Below, in pieces: positions 1-14,080 of a stretch of DNA of 64,000 bases (the stretch's first letter is position 1; every line of letters starts with the position of its first letter). Under the pieces are notes generated by a model. The model saw only the letters and a program-made list of their open reading frames with translations. It was not told the origin of the DNA and made no database searches. The position numbers and the translations under genes are program-made. The DNA comes from Geosiphon pyriformis uo1. Lineage: Eukaryota > Fungi > Glomeromycota. The stretch is taken from contig JAAOMT010000273.1 of assembly GCA_016748015.1 (NCBI GenBank), positions 1 to 64,000 on the forward strand, given 5' to 3'.

Positions 1-314
1 AAAAAAAAATAAAATTATATATATAAAAACTATATCAAAATATTTTAAATTATAATATGACTAGAAAAATATCAACAATATAATTTGTAAATTTAATTAA
101 AATTATTAAATAATTTGATAATAATATTTTATTTTATTTTTTTAATATATTGAAATTATTTTTATTTTTTATTTTTTATTTTTATTTTTATTTTTATTTT
201 TATTATTTAAAATCTTTTGTTTATTTTTTTTATTTTATTTATTTTATATTTTATATAATAAAATCAATTAAATTTTTTAATTTTAAAGATTTATTATTAA
301 AATGAATATAACAT

Positions 315-316
<2 letters not shown>

Positions 317-370
<54 letters not shown>
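317..370. repeat. (AAT)n microsatellite within an AT-rich desert (1-~600)
   Basis: Perfect ATA/AAT triplet run in the sequence. Confidence 0.95.
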
Positions 371-371
<1 letters not shown>

Positions 372-1353
372 TGCCAATTTTAATATTAAATCATATTTTA
401 TCTTGTAACCAATTTTTATATTTAAAATGTATTTAAATTTACAATCTACCTAAATATTATTCTTTACTTTAAAACTAATATTAAGATATTTGATAATGCT
501 TTTTATCAAATGATAGTGTTATAAAACTAAACCATTTATAAAAATTTCAAGACATAAAATATTCTATTTATTTCTATTAATTGTTATTTTTTGATAATAA
601 ATAAATTTGACTGATTGATAAAATCTCTAAAAATTAAGAACTTTGGTTTTTTATCCAAAGAAACCGATAACGATTAAAAAGGAATCGATGAACATACAAT
701 GAAAAGATTTGGAAAATCAAATTTAGAAGCAGAAAAAGGGGAAAAATTCTAATTCAATTCAAAAGTAAACTAGAACCTCCTTATAGAGAAGGGGAAAATA
801 GTGGTGGTTTTGATGCAATTTCGCTGATATCCAAAAAAAGAAACTTTTTACCGTCCTCTTTAATTACTATGATTGCATTAACGCCAAAAAAATATTTCGG
901 TATTGATGGGATTGATTACTCTAACTCACGATGATCAGGATTTTTAACCATTCAGCTAGATCTAACAAAACTGTTCATTGGGCGATAATTATGATAACAC
1001 TATAAAAATTTTGATCCCATCATTGAACTAAATGTTATTCAGTTAGTATATTTTTGACATTTTACTTTTTTTAAAGCCTACATGCTAATTCTGGGAGAGT
1101 ATGACAAAAAAATGATTTACCTTGTGTTACACGTCACTAACTATGAGGCATAATATAAATACCAATAGTATCAGTTTTTCTTGCTTTATTACCTCACCTC
1201 GAAAAGCCAAAGGCTTTCTTCACTTTCTTTTCCCGAACCCACTTTACGAAACTTATTGATTTAGTTTCCCTTCCTCCCTATTTTTACACTTTATTCCTAT
1301 AAAGCTCTTCAAAAGCCCTTACTAAACAGAAAAAAAGAGAATAAAGAATAGAA

Positions 1354-2499
1354 ATGGGTGGTTGTTGCGGAAGCAAAGAAGCGGTTGATGGATCAAAGGT
1401 TTGTTTGACTTTCTAGGCTTTTCAAGCTAATCTTATTTGGGATGTACGGTCTTGGGAAAGGTTGCCTTTAGTATCTTAGTGTTATTAATGGCTTGGACTT
1501 TATTGGTGATATAGGTATTTTTTTCTCAATTAATATTTCTTTTTTGCTTCCCGAAAACTTTTAACCCTCCCCTCCCCCCGCCCCCCCCCCCCCCCCAACT
1601 ATTAGCCCAACGCTCAAACTCCTCTTTTATCACGTGATGTTGGTTCCGCCTATGGTGACTCTTTGTAAATTTCATACCTTGTTCCATTTGACTTCATTTA
1701 GTCATTTTTCAGATGTTTGTTGGACTCTAAAATGATGTTTTTTATTTCATTTTAGGCATAATAGGATGAATTATCAACGTTACGATGTGGCAGCAGACTT
1801 AGCTCGTGAACAAGCCTCTCTGCAAAAGATCGTTCAGCGAGCCGCAGAGTAATTTTAATGATATAATCACTCTTCATTTTATTAACAGAAAACAACAGGA
1901 CGCAGTTTGGTTCATCATATTCGCTCTTTGATTTTAGGAATTTGGTTGACATATCAAATACTCACCCAACTGAACGATTACAACACCAAGACGCGATTGA
2001 TCGAGCCAACGAGTACAAGTATGTCTTGAATATTTTAAATTTTGATATAAACAACTTTAATTAACGGTAATTTAATTATCAAAAAACTAGAGATTTGATG
2101 AGTATGATTAAACTTGATCCTAAAGCAATACAAAAGCTTCAGGAAAAGAGTAGTACTTTGCCGAAAATAAGAAAGAAATCTTCGACAAACCTATTGAAAA
2201 GTAACTCCTCAAATTTAACACATTCAGCTATTATAAAAGAATCCCGACCACCAAGTGTCATCTTGTCTAATAATTCTCCTTCAAAAGAGGATATAGAGTG
2301 GGTCGGTATAATTTTTCGTTTCTTTGACATGCTCATATGTATCAAAAGGAAAACATATGGCCTAATTATGAATTTTTAACTCTAGTTATCGAAAGCTATG
2401 GTTGATTTACACGAAGCAATTGACCACATTCAGATCCAATTTGCAGGTGACTTGGTAGTTCCTTTGAGTTGGGCTACTCCCACTCCTGTCCATGGGTAG
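1354..2499 (+). CDS. LAMTOR1/Meh1(Ego1)-like lipid-anchored Ragulator/EGO subunit, about 6 exons
   Basis: Manual splicing gives MGGCCGSKE (N-myristoyl Gly plus palmitoylatable CC), QTPLL (dileucine-like), AREQASLQKIVQRAAENLVDIS, DAIDRANEYK and C-terminal IQIQFAGDLVVPL, with stop TAG at 2497-2499. Introns are GT-AG. The ORF track captures only one exon (2095-2379). Confidence 0.8.
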
Positions 2500-2866
2500 T
2501 ATTCCAAACGTATTACATAGCAGATCTCGGTTTCTGCTGTTTTATTGCATCGATCAATATCAACGAGAATAACTGGCCATTGTAATAATACCTTGGTTCA
2601 TGAATCTCATTTTAAATTAGATTTTTATGGCCAAGCTTCATAAATTTCTCCCCCATATTGGATTGGTAAAAAAAATCCTTTTGATTTATTTAAATATCCA
2701 TTATCTATTAAAAAAAAATATACTTATAGCAAGTTTTTTGAGGCTAGCAATTCTTTTATTATAAAAATTCATGTCAATAAATAATTGTTTTATATAGAAA
2801 CGAGTGAAAGTCCTATTTTTGGTAAACTACTAATCGGAAATAGGATCACCAAATGAGTAACATATT

Positions 2867-2872
2867 ACGCGT
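2867..2872. promoter_or_regulatory. Possible MCB (ACGCGT) element upstream of EXO5
   Basis: Exact ACGCGT about 85 bp upstream of the ATG of a DNA-repair gene. A single hexamer could be chance. Confidence 0.3.
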
Positions 2873-2955
2873 CCAAATCAAGAGAAAGTATAAACTTTTT
2901 GTTCAGGAAAGTTTTGCTTAAACCACTTTTTGATCTTTTAATACTCTCGGATAAA

Positions 2956-5126
2956 ATGCCATTGCCTACAACTACTCAAGATTTCTTTTCCAAATTAGAC
3001 AGGGCTCGTAACCCTCGAACTGTTCGTGGTCAACTTCCAGATGATTTTGTCACCTCCAAAATAACTTTGAAAAAACCCGGAATAGCTGCTAGTAGCGTTA
3101 CCTCTGAAAATGGTTTTTCAGACACTACAAAATTTCACCAAAGTGTTGAAACAGTTCCTAAAATAAATACCGAATCACACGCGCAACAGCAAAACTCAAA
3201 TACAACCAAGGGGAAGCAACCAGAAATTACTTTCAATGGGGATTGTTCAAGAAAAGAGTTCATTTTAGAAGATTGCACCAATAATGTTGTTGTGCCTGTC
3301 TTAAGACAAGGCTCAGCTTCCGAAACGACATTGTCAGAAAATCACAAAAAATCAAACATTCGACGTAAGATGTTTAATTGCGCTGACAAAGACTCAGAAA
3401 ATATGATGATTAATTCAGATAAGGAAAATAATAAAGAGAGTCTCAAGAAATTAAAGGAAAGTAAAACCTTGTCTACTTTTAGTAATGAAAAGCTAGGAAA
3501 CAGAATGGCGTGCACTGTGAAAGAGTTGAAAAACACAATTACAATTTCCTATGACACCCAGAACTCGGGCGAAACTACAAATCATAATGAAAATGCGTTG
3601 CAATCTAATACTTGTTCTGGTCAAATAAAAATGGAAGATAAAGTATTATGTTGCTCGGAGCAAGCAACTAATGCTGATCCTAAAGCAAAATATGTTCTTG
3701 CCAAAGACAGATCATTGTCTCCATTCGAACGTTTTCGTAGTAAGAAAAACAGTCTTTGTGTAACGGATTTTGCTGTACTTTCTTGGTGCGAACAACAAGT
3801 AGAGTATTACCTTGCTGATGGAGGGAGAAAACAAACCGAAGCTATGGCCAAAGGATCGGAAATTCATTTAGACTTGGAAATGGAGGATCATGAAATAATA
3901 GAAATAGAACTAATTACACAAGAGGATAAATGGGGTGATAGGTAAATAATAAGATCAACTCATTTTCACATTGTTTCTTGGATTTCCTAATAATCCGCCA
4001 TTTTTCGTTGAATTAGATTTTTGAAAACACTTGTCGCGTTGGAATCTCTTCTACTTACGGGAAAAACACGTGAAATGCCAATTTATGGATTTGTGTCTCA
4101 ATATTTCGTTTATGGAATAATTGACGATATTGAACGTCGTGAAATTCAATTAACCAAATCTCAAGAAAATTCAGAGCAAAAAACAAAACGGCTCAAACTT
4201 AAACAGGAACCGCAAAAGGAATTATCCAAAATTTGTCCTTTGAACCAAATTTTTACTTCTAACCTCCCCACCACCATGTATACGTACGTTTTATCAGACA
4301 CAAAAACTCGGGCGAAACCATTCCTACCTAACCCGCAATACCAGTCCGGTAGCAAATATCAATTAATGCTATATAAGAGAATGTTTGATGAGTTTGCTCT
4401 ACGTGGGATCAATGAGGAACGGGTTTATAAAACAATTCGTATAGACCCTGATGTGCCCTTTTCCAAAACATTTGGCAGTTATGTTCACACGGAGCTTACT
4501 AAGTTAGACGCACGAAATATTTTTTGTGACAATATAAAGGATGATACCCTGAATGCATTAATGAGTAATGAAAACGGAAGCAAGACAAAGAATGGTGAAA
4601 AGCAAAAACTCCCACATGACGAACAATCTCAGGAAGATGATGGTCATCCTGAAAACACAGTACGTACCCTAATGCAGAGAATAAAAAGGCATTTCAGTCT
4701 TTTCACAAAATCAAGTAATGAATTAGAGTTGAGCTATTTATACCAGGGAGATAAGCGCATTATAGGGACAACAAAATTCACTTATGACGCCATACAGTTG
4801 CAAAAATATTTAAAAAGGGCATGTGACTTTTGGAAAGGAGCACGTACACCAGAAGGGGTAGAGATTGAGGAAGCGTGGAAGTGTCGGTCAGTCTTGTTCT
4901 TCGTATTCCTCTTATTTTTACGAAACTAACAAAAAATTTTTTTTTGGAATGTTAATTAAAAAGGATGTGTGACTATATCGATACATGCGAATGGCGTGCT
5001 AAAAAAGCCAAGGAACTTGCAGAGAAACACCAGATGTTATCGAATAAATCAAAAGATACTCATGAAATGAACAAGTTGGCTTCCATTCAATCCAAATTAA
5101 AAGATGTAACAAATGTTCGCCTCTAA
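2956..5126 (+). CDS. EXO5: Exonuclease V (Exo5/Dem1 family, Fe-S cluster), 3 exons
   Basis: Motifs VTDF..WCEQQVEY, GSEIHLDLE, REMPIYG..GIIDDI, DTKTR, YQLMLY and spliced C-terminal EEAWKCRMCDYIDTCEWR. ORFs 2899-3945 and 4021-4929 plus a last exon ending TAA at 5126. Confidence 0.9.
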
Positions 5127-5401
5127 AATAAGGAATATCAAGATGCTAGGCACATCACTCAATTTTTAATTGCATATCAGGAAAATCAAAAGATTTTCAT
5201 GCAGATAGGAAATTATATGATCACATCAATGTTTTTGCATGGCAACCCGTGCTTATACTCAGACCAGTGTTGTGCCAAAAAAAAAACACATACTGCCACA
5301 CTGCCATGCCCAAAATAGGATTACAGAAGCATCGAATCTATTGAACAGTAGTGTGAAAACAATTTCTACTCAATTCTCAAAAGCTTGGATTTCTTAATCT
5401 A

Positions 5402-6913
5402 ATGAATTTTTCAATTATCCATCGTCGTTTGAAATTATTTAATTCATATATAAATGCAAACAGAACCACAAGGCTCCCACAGAACCCTCAAAGTAAATGG
5501 TCAATATCATCATTAGCGACATCTAAAGAGTTTGAAAAGAAAGCTCCAAAAATCCAAAAAATAGGATTAAATTCATCTTTAATGGTTTATTGGACTGATT
5601 CGAATAAGAAATCATCTTATAATTATATATGGCTTCGTGATAATTGTCAATGCTCCAAATGTATTCATCCGGATAGTAAACAGAAATTACACTCAAGTGC
5701 TCAAATTCCATTAGATATCCGACCTGTATCTGCCATAGTCAAATCATCATCCACAACCATTATCAAGAATGACCACGACGATACAGATACGATTGAGATT
5801 ATATGGGATAAACCATTGATCAAAAATTTAACCACAATAACGGGATCAGAAAGATCAAAAGATCAAGAAAAAATTTCTGGAAATTCGATAGACCAATCTC
5901 TTCATAAAAGTGTATACACTCTGGAATTTTTACATTCCTACAGTACCAAAAAAGCAATCAATGTAAAAAGATTTGATCATTTTGAGCCAATTCTTTGGGA
6001 TAGAGATACAATCCAAAAGGCGAACCTATGGAACTCGTATAAAGATTATATCACAAATGACAAAATTTTATTAATTGCTTTGAAACAACTTTCTGCTTAT
6101 GGGTTAATGTTTTTGCACGGGGCTCCAACGGAGGACGATGATAAAGGGATTGTTAAAGTGATAGAGAGGATTGGCAACGTGAGAAATACTATTTACGGAA
6201 AGACTTGGGACGTCAAGCTGATGCCTAATGCTAAGAATATAGCTTATACCAATTTAGATTTGGGATTACATATGGATTTATTGTAAGACTTTTTTTGATT
6301 TTGATTGGTTCCCGAAACTTGGTCTTGAGGATTGAGAATTTTTGAATATAGGTATTATGATGAGCCACCTGGCCTGCAATTACTTCTTTGCCTTAAAAAC
6401 TCTGTCAAGGGAGGGAAAAGTATTTTTGCAGATTCTCTCAAAGCTATCGCACAATTTCGTGATCAATATCCAGAAGATTATGAGATCTTGAAAGAGACAC
6501 CAATTAATTTCAGCTACACTAATGATGGACATGATATGCACTTTAATCGACCAGCCATTATTGTTGACGAGTATAACAATACAATGATGGTAAATTACTC
6601 TCCGCCATTTCAAGGACCTATTGAAGCCAACATTGGATCGGAAACTTTAACAACTGATGAGAGTAGAATGAAACGTTTTTATTGTGCATTCCAACGGTTT
6701 TCATCGTTCATCGAGGCACCCGAATTAAAATATGAGTTAGCTTTGAAACCAGGTGAATTGATTGTTTTCGCCAATCGTCGTGTGCTGCATGGTAGACGCG
6801 CATTTGATGGGTTGAATGGTGAGCGTCATTTCAAAGGAGGGTATATCGATCTGTGTGAATTCAAAGATAAATTTAGAGTTTTAATGATGCTTGAAGAAAA
6901 ATATAAACATTGA
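5402..6913 (+). CDS. Gamma-butyrobetaine/trimethyllysine dioxygenase-like Fe(II)/2OG enzyme (TauD/TfdA family, Aim17-like), 2 exons
   Basis: N-terminal WLRDNCQCSKCIHP Zn motif, NIAYT..LHMD (HxD), PPGLQ and NRRVLHGR. The N-terminus looks like a mitochondrial presequence. Confidence 0.9.
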
Positions 6914-7589
6914 TAAGGTGACAGCACTATCATCCCCGTTCGAAATCCAGCTTAAAATAAGTCCTTAACCGTTTTGCATTCTAAGACACATGATATTAGT
7001 TAATAAAGTAAGAAACTCGATTTTTCAAACATTAAGTGCCCTATTCTACTAGACACTTAACAAATCCAGCCATATTTAGTGACACTAAAGGTCCCGAAAG
7101 CTATGAAGCTAATGGATTACTATGACGATTGAAATACTTTATCAGCTAAGCCATTATGACGATTTTATCAAAGTTTCAAATTTGCATCTCAGATTGATTA
7201 AGGCGTTATTTGCAACCTAGTTCAAATGCAGTATAGCAAATTCCCTTATCAATAAATACTCCCACCTCCTTTTTTGCTATTCCACCTTTTTCTCTTTATC
7301 TGCATACACTTCCCTTTTTCCCACAAAATATAGCCATTAAAATCATTACCAAGAAAGGTTATCTCTACGTCCCTTCTCTAGCCCCAAGTAAAAAAGAGGA
7401 TCTCGGGCAACAAAAGCGGCTCGATTTCCAATTTATGCAATATCGGCTCAGGTATCAACTTCAAACGACCGGAACTCAAGTTGCGATCATTTCTATCATT
7501 TTGTTTTTTGAAATGCAAAAAGTTTACAATTGGATGTTTTGCTTCACTAGACTTTTTAAATATAGCAACAAGATATAAATTTAGCAAAA

Positions 7590-8990
7590 TTAATTAAACA
7601 ATTATTTTATTTTATTTTATTTATTTATTTATTTATAATTAATATTATTAATTTATAATCGAAGCTTTAAATTAATTATTTAAATCACTAATATTAAAAA
7701 AAATCATATTAATTAATTAATTTAATATGTTTAAATAATTAATGTATTTAAAAATAGCATTAACATAGTATATAGATTTTAATATAATTAATATATATAA
7801 AGTTTTTTATAAATTAAAAAAAGTATTAATTTGTATTATGTTTATTTTTTATTAACTTAATAGTAAGTAATTTATTTTTTTATTTTTTTAAAAAAAATTA
7901 TTATTAATTCTTAAAGTATTATTATGGTTTAAATTTTTTTCTTATTTTAATTATTTAATTTACTTTATTATTTTTTGTTTTTAATTTTTTTTTAATTTAC
8001 ATATTTTAAAAAAAAATTGTTAGTTTTATTAAAAAACAAATAATATTTGTTATTAAATGTTAAAAATATTAATTAATACATAAAGTTATAACAATTTGTA
8101 TTATTTTTAAATTTTTTTTTTGTTAATTTTTTAATCATAAAAAAACCAAAAAAATATCTTACTATTATTTTTTATATTTTGTTAATTTTATAAACTATTT
8201 TTTTTTAATACATTTTTATTTATAAGTTTAAACAAAATAAGTATTTTTTATTATTAAATTAATTAAAAGAAAATAAAATAAAATAAAATAAAAACTTATT
8301 TAAATACCAAAAATAAAATTTTTTTTATATTTTTTTTAAAAATAAAAATACTAAAAAACTTATTGTTAAAACAATAATAATAGATTTTTTTTGCTAATAT
8401 TTTAATTATAAAAGTAATAGTATTTGATAAAAATTTTAAATTGTTATTTTAAAAAAGTAAAATTAATAATTATTATAATAGTATTAATAAGAATTTAAAT
8501 ATTAAAAACATAAAAAATATGGATATAAAAAAAACCCAGTTTTATTGATAATAAAAAAGTAAATATTTTTAATTTTATAAATAACATGACTTTATAATAA
8601 AAATGATTTTACCAAAAGTTTATTGATTTATTTTGGTATAAATATTGCTAATTACATGTTTTTTAAAAGTGTAATATAATTTAGTGATTGAATTATGTAT
8701 AACAAAAACATAAGTCATATCTAATTTATAATCTGTATATTGTATAATTTTAAATAACAAAAAATATTTATTTAAATATTTATTAAAATAAATATTGATT
8801 TAAATTATTTTTTGATTTTATTATTATTTTTTAAATTTACAACAAATTTTAAATTTATTTTTGGCTATTTATATTCAAATTTACACAGAATTTTATTTTT
8901 AAAGTTTATTAATTATTTGATTTTCATAATTAAAATTGATTTTTTAAATTATAAACTTGATTGTAAACCATCATTTCTTATAAAATTTCA
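7590..8990. other. Extreme AT-rich desert, probably fully eroded repeat DNA
   Basis: Almost no G/C, no credible ORFs and sharp borders with gene islands. Similar deserts lie at about 13150-14080, 16360-17450, 33670-35060, 42510-43450, 51210-53500 and 59780-60650. Confidence 0.7.
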
Positions 8991-9301
8991 ATGATTCCCG
9001 AAACAATATTCAGGATTGATTACTAAATGCTAAGGTGTTCGAGGTGTAAATTTATGCACTTTGAATAAATTAATATAATATATTTAAAGTAATTATTTCA
9101 ATATCCAAGAAAAGATAAGAGGTGAGTTTTGTATCAAGCAAGATATCTACAGTACCAGGGTGAAAGATCAAATGAATTTTAAAATATAACACAAAGCTAA
9201 TTTTCTCCTTTGTTTAGGAAAAATATCTTATTGGAAAAAAGTTTTTGTCTATTAATTCTAAATGCAAAAAATGAATTTGCCAACTTCTATAAAACCATCA
9301 A

Positions 9302-10450
9302 CTAGTCCCGTTTTCCTCCTTTCCTCCTTGCTTTCCCTTTACTGTCTTGTATAGTGGCACTTTCATCAACAATACTTTTTCGTGGAAAAGCCGCTTCACT
9401 AGGATCTCTCTTGCCATACTTTACTAATAGCCGGATCTCTACGTTTTCCAATTCCCATTCGTGAGGTGTCAACTCAAGATTTTCACGCTCCGCTAAAAAT
9501 AATTTATTAAAGTCTTGTGGTTGTCCTGGTGTCGCTGCTGCCCCCATTGCCGCCATTGATTGCATATCTCGCATTCCATCGGCTGCATTATCTTCCCCAA
9601 GTAGTAACGTGAAAATACTCCGTAGACCGAAAAGATTGAGAAAATACCAGGATAATGATGAAACCCAAGTGACATCCATATCCGATGTTTCAACACCACG
9701 TTGAAGCATTGATTTAAAGCGTAATGTTAGCGGGAAAGGTAATTTAACTAGATCAAGATTTCATTAAACAATTAGAATCTATTATAAGAAATGGCGGATA
9801 AACTTAAAACAAAGACTCACTTAACACAAATCCAGAAAAGAAAAAGTTGACCCAGGCCATAATAATAGTTTGTGGTACAATCATAGCCATATTTTTCTTC
9901 ATACCCTCCATCATCATTTCCATCCCCTGTGGATCAGTCATCGGGTTCACCGACTGATTGGCCGTTGCTGGATTTTTGAGATACGTCCCTCGTTCAAATG
10001 CACTCGATATAAAAGTCTTTCGAGCATGAAACGAGACAGGGGGGATGTTATTACCATAGAGTCGAAGAATTGTCCCTCTTTGCAAAGCTTTGGTTTCCCG
10101 TATTGCTTTAAGGCTAGGCTTTTTAAAAGAGTTACCACCTAACAGGATCGTTACTTGATCACGTAATACTCCTACTAGAACCATTACTATCATAATTGGT
10201 ATCAATACCCAGTCTCTTATTGCTTCAAATATGAATTGATGTTTGAGACGGCAGTGATTGATAATAAAGTTTTAGTAAAAGGAAAGGTTGTAGTGACTTT
10301 ACCTGGGTCCAAATATAGAGCTTGGCTAAAAGGGGAAACAAAGCGATATTAATGATTAAAGTTCCTCTTTACAGAAATATACTTGAAAAACATGGACAGG
10401 ACCCACTGGGAGTACCTTTCAGCAACCGGGGTTGCTATGGGTTGTGTCAT
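9302..10450 (-). CDS. EMC3: ER membrane protein complex subunit 3, 4 exons
   Basis: Spliced [75 protein letters not shown] and [10 protein letters not shown]. Confidence 0.95.
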
Positions 10451-10736
10451 TGCAATTTCCTTAGTTGCCCGTGAGGTTTTTGGGACAACTGTTGTTTTAC
10501 AAATATACAACGATTTTTATACTGATCATAAAATCAATTGCTTTTTCTCACGGGTTAAATGTAATATACAGAGAAATTGGTAGCTGATCGAATAGGAAAA
10601 GTTCATGATAAAAAATTTACTGTTGAAACCTTTCTCGACACAAGACGGATAGGTTCCATTGGAGCTAAGTAAATTTTTATGATAGCTTTGAACTGGTTGT
10701 AACAACTTACATTCACCGTTCTTTCCTTCCTTAAAC

Positions 10737-12707
10737 ATGTCCTTAACTCAAGCTCCTACTTCCTCCCCACAGCCCAAAAAGCAATTGTTTGAACAATACA
10801 CTCAATACCGTAATTGGCGGTTTTCGAAAAAGCAATTGCAGGAGTTGCGTGAACAAACTAACGCAAATTCTGTAGAAAGAGTTAGAAGGAATATAGCAGA
10901 AGAAGCGGTATATAAGCTAGATTATCACAATTAGAACAGTAGGCTATTTCTCAACTAAATGAATTGATTCTTTTTCTTCATAGAGATTTGCTGCTGAAAA
11001 ACCTCCAAGGTCACAGAATGGCAGCCCTCAACAGCAATACCAGAATTCACCACTTTCTTCGACATATCAAAACTCACCACTCCCATCTTCCCTTCAAAAT
11101 TCTCCGCGTCCTTCAAATTCACCACAAGTTGCCCCCGAAGATGTACAATTCCTGACAGCCCAAGAAGAGCTTGCTCTTTGTCAATATTATCAGGCGCAAA
11201 TCCAAAAATTCCCGAGCAAGGCTTTCCCTGAACACATCGCGGTATGATATCTCGTAATTTAAGCGGTTAAAATTAGTCCAGTGCACCACCAAATCTTCCT
11301 TCGGTTCCATATTCTACAAGGACACCCTTTGACCCTTCATGATAAAAATTAACCAAGAAGCTGTGTAAGCTGAATAAACTGAGCTCAGTAAATCTTTTAC
11401 TGGATGCTAAATTACTAGAGGATATATTCATTTCGTCTCCATAATCATCCTCCTCACGACTGAGAAGTGAGCAAGGGCTTCTTCGAAAGATTAGAAAAAT
11501 TTATTGATGGTTTACCTGGAGAAGTTATATTTTCAGTCCCAGAAAGAATGCTAATTAATAAATTTCATTATATAATTCAAAGGCAAACTCAGCCATAATA
11601 AATCAAATCAAGGCAACCGCAATCGTTTTTATGAAAAGGTTTTATTTGCGAAATACGGTAATGGATTATCATCCAAAGGATATCTTGTAAGTCTTTTAAA
11701 GATTAGAATATCCTAAATTTAAAGGTTACAACAAGTCATTAATTTCCTCTAATTTAAAATTTCTTTCCTAAAGAATTGCATCTCTTTTCTTAGCGGCCAA
11801 ATGTGAAAATGCTACTTTAGGACACGAAGAGTTTCGTAAGGCACTTTTGAACGCTGTTCGACAGCCTCCTTCTAAAGATCTCTTATTTCAGCTTGAACTA
11901 GCAATATCACAGAGCATGAATTATGATTATGCTGTTTATCATCCATATAAGGCAGCTCAGGGATTTTTCTTGGATATGCAGTCCCCGGTAAGAAATAATT
12001 AACCGAGTGATGAATTCGAGGCACTATTTTAACTTCTGTCGTGAAATTATAGAATAAAATGAAAAGTAATAAAAGTCAACAGGCCTATACATCTGCATTC
12101 GAAAAGTGCAAAGATTATATCAATAAGTCACTTTTGACGGATTTGATGTTTTTCTATCAACCATCTCAGATCGCAATGGGATGTCTGATTTTGGCGGCAA
12201 GAAAAATATCAGGGTTTGAATTTGAGCGGTAAAAATTTTATCTATTATCAACTTACAAATATGATTTCAGGCTAACCGAAATTTTCCTACTTTGAGATAT
12301 CTTGAAAAATTTAAAAATAAAACCCAACAAGAACCAGAAACTGACAATTTGTTCGCAATAATTGATGATATTTGTAAAACGATTGACAGCTATTTTGATG
12401 TGGATAAGAATATGGCTGGGGAATGTGATCGAAAGCTGCGATTTTGTACGAATCCCGCCAAAAATAACAGTAGTCACATGTGCGTCAGTTTTTCCTTTTG
12501 TCCCAGTTCCTTTCAGGAAAAGTGCTCATTTACTTTTGAAATTACTTTAGATCACAAAAGAGACGCGATATTGAAAGGGAAGAACGCGAATTGAAGAGGC
12601 AAAAAAAGCTTAAAGCCCACAAAGCGTATCAAGAACAGTTGGAAATGGTATTTCTTGATGAAAAAAAGGATGATAAGTCATTAGGTGAAAAAAAACCTCG
12701 CAAGTAG
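10737..12707 (+). CDS. CCL1: Cyclin H (Ccl1/Mcs2-like TFIIH/CAK cyclin), multi-exon
   Basis: TQYRNWRF, ATAIVFMKRFYLRNTVMDYHPKDI, FLAAKCEN, VYHPYK..GFFLDMQ, LLTDLMFFYQPSQIA and DRKLRFCTNP, read across GT-AG introns. Confidence 0.88.
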
Positions 12708-14080
12708 TTGTGGAACTTGCCAAAATTACTTTTCAACTTTTATTTTCCTCGGTATAAATCAATTAGAAGGCTGGTGTTAATGAAAATTTTTAGACGACAC
12801 ATTCAAACCTATTATAACATTGATAAAAGCTCTGGCTCGTATATTGAATATTTTATATATAATAAAAAAATTCAATGTGTTTGCATTATTTTTGACGTTT
12901 TCGATTAAACAGTCATTAAAAAAATTGCGATTAGGTTCAAAAATCGCGAAAATAAAATACCTTTCACCTTTCTTTTTCCTGAACTAAATTTCTGAAAATA
13001 ATAAACTTTGCTAATTTGCCTTTAACTTTTTTCAATTTTCATTTTGCAAAACTTGTAATTCTTTTTTAATGATGCAATTTTTGACAAACATGAATTCTTG
13101 AAGACATTTTTGTTAACAACAGAGGCTTGTTGCAAATGACAAAAAACAAAATTGTATATTATTAATAAAAATCCATTTAACTCATTTTCAAAAATAGTTT
13201 TTAAAGTGATTATTAGATTTAATAAAATTTACTTATAATATTGTTGTTGTTGTATTAAAAATTTTACATTAATTTAATACAATAGGCTTAGATAAATTTT
13301 TAATTCATCAAAATAAGTTTAATAAATACAAAAATAAAAAACTATAAAAAACAATATAAATTTATATAAATTGTTATATTTAAAATATTATATAAAAAAA
13401 ATATTCTTAAATGTAAAGTATATTAATACATTTTTTATTATTTTAATTTTTTAAAAATTTAAACAAAATTATCTTTATATTATTATGTTTATGTTATAAT
13501 TTTTTTTTAATTATTATTAACTAAAAATTTTAAATGTAACAAAAAACTTAAAAATAATAATAATTAATTAATAATAATAATTAATATTAAAAAATAAAAC
13601 AGATTTTATTATTAATTAAAAAACCAAAATATTAATTTTATAAATTATATAGCCAAAAAAAAATTTGATTAATTTGATTTTTAAAAAAAAATTTTAATAT
13701 TATTTCTAATTATTAAAATTAATTAATAAACAAAAATAGTATTAATAAGTTCAAAAAACTTTAAATACACATTAATATATTGTTATAAACTAATAAATTT
13801 TAACTTAATATAAATCAATTTAATTTTTACAGTTTTATTAAATATTAAAATAAATATTATTTATTTATTATTATTAAAAACAATATTTTAAAAAGCAAAA
13901 AAAATATATTTTAGTTTTTATTTAATTAATTTAATTTTTAAAATTAAATAATTTAATAAATTAATTAGTTAAAATTACATATAAAAATATAAATTGTTTT
14001 GTTTTAGAATAATTGAAATTTAATGTATTAAAAAACAAAAAAAAAAACAAAATTTTATTATTAATAAATAAAAAATTAAC

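Noticed and set aside
7590-8990. Organellar insertion or centromere call for the AT deserts
   Set aside because: No organellar genes are present, and the deserts are many, short and interspersed. They are better explained as eroded repeats.
11243-11610. Intronic snoRNA in the long cyclin H intron (also NDC1 intron ~20890-21135)
   Set aside because: Only partial box-like words or a single hairpin are present, with no convincing C/D or H/ACA architecture.
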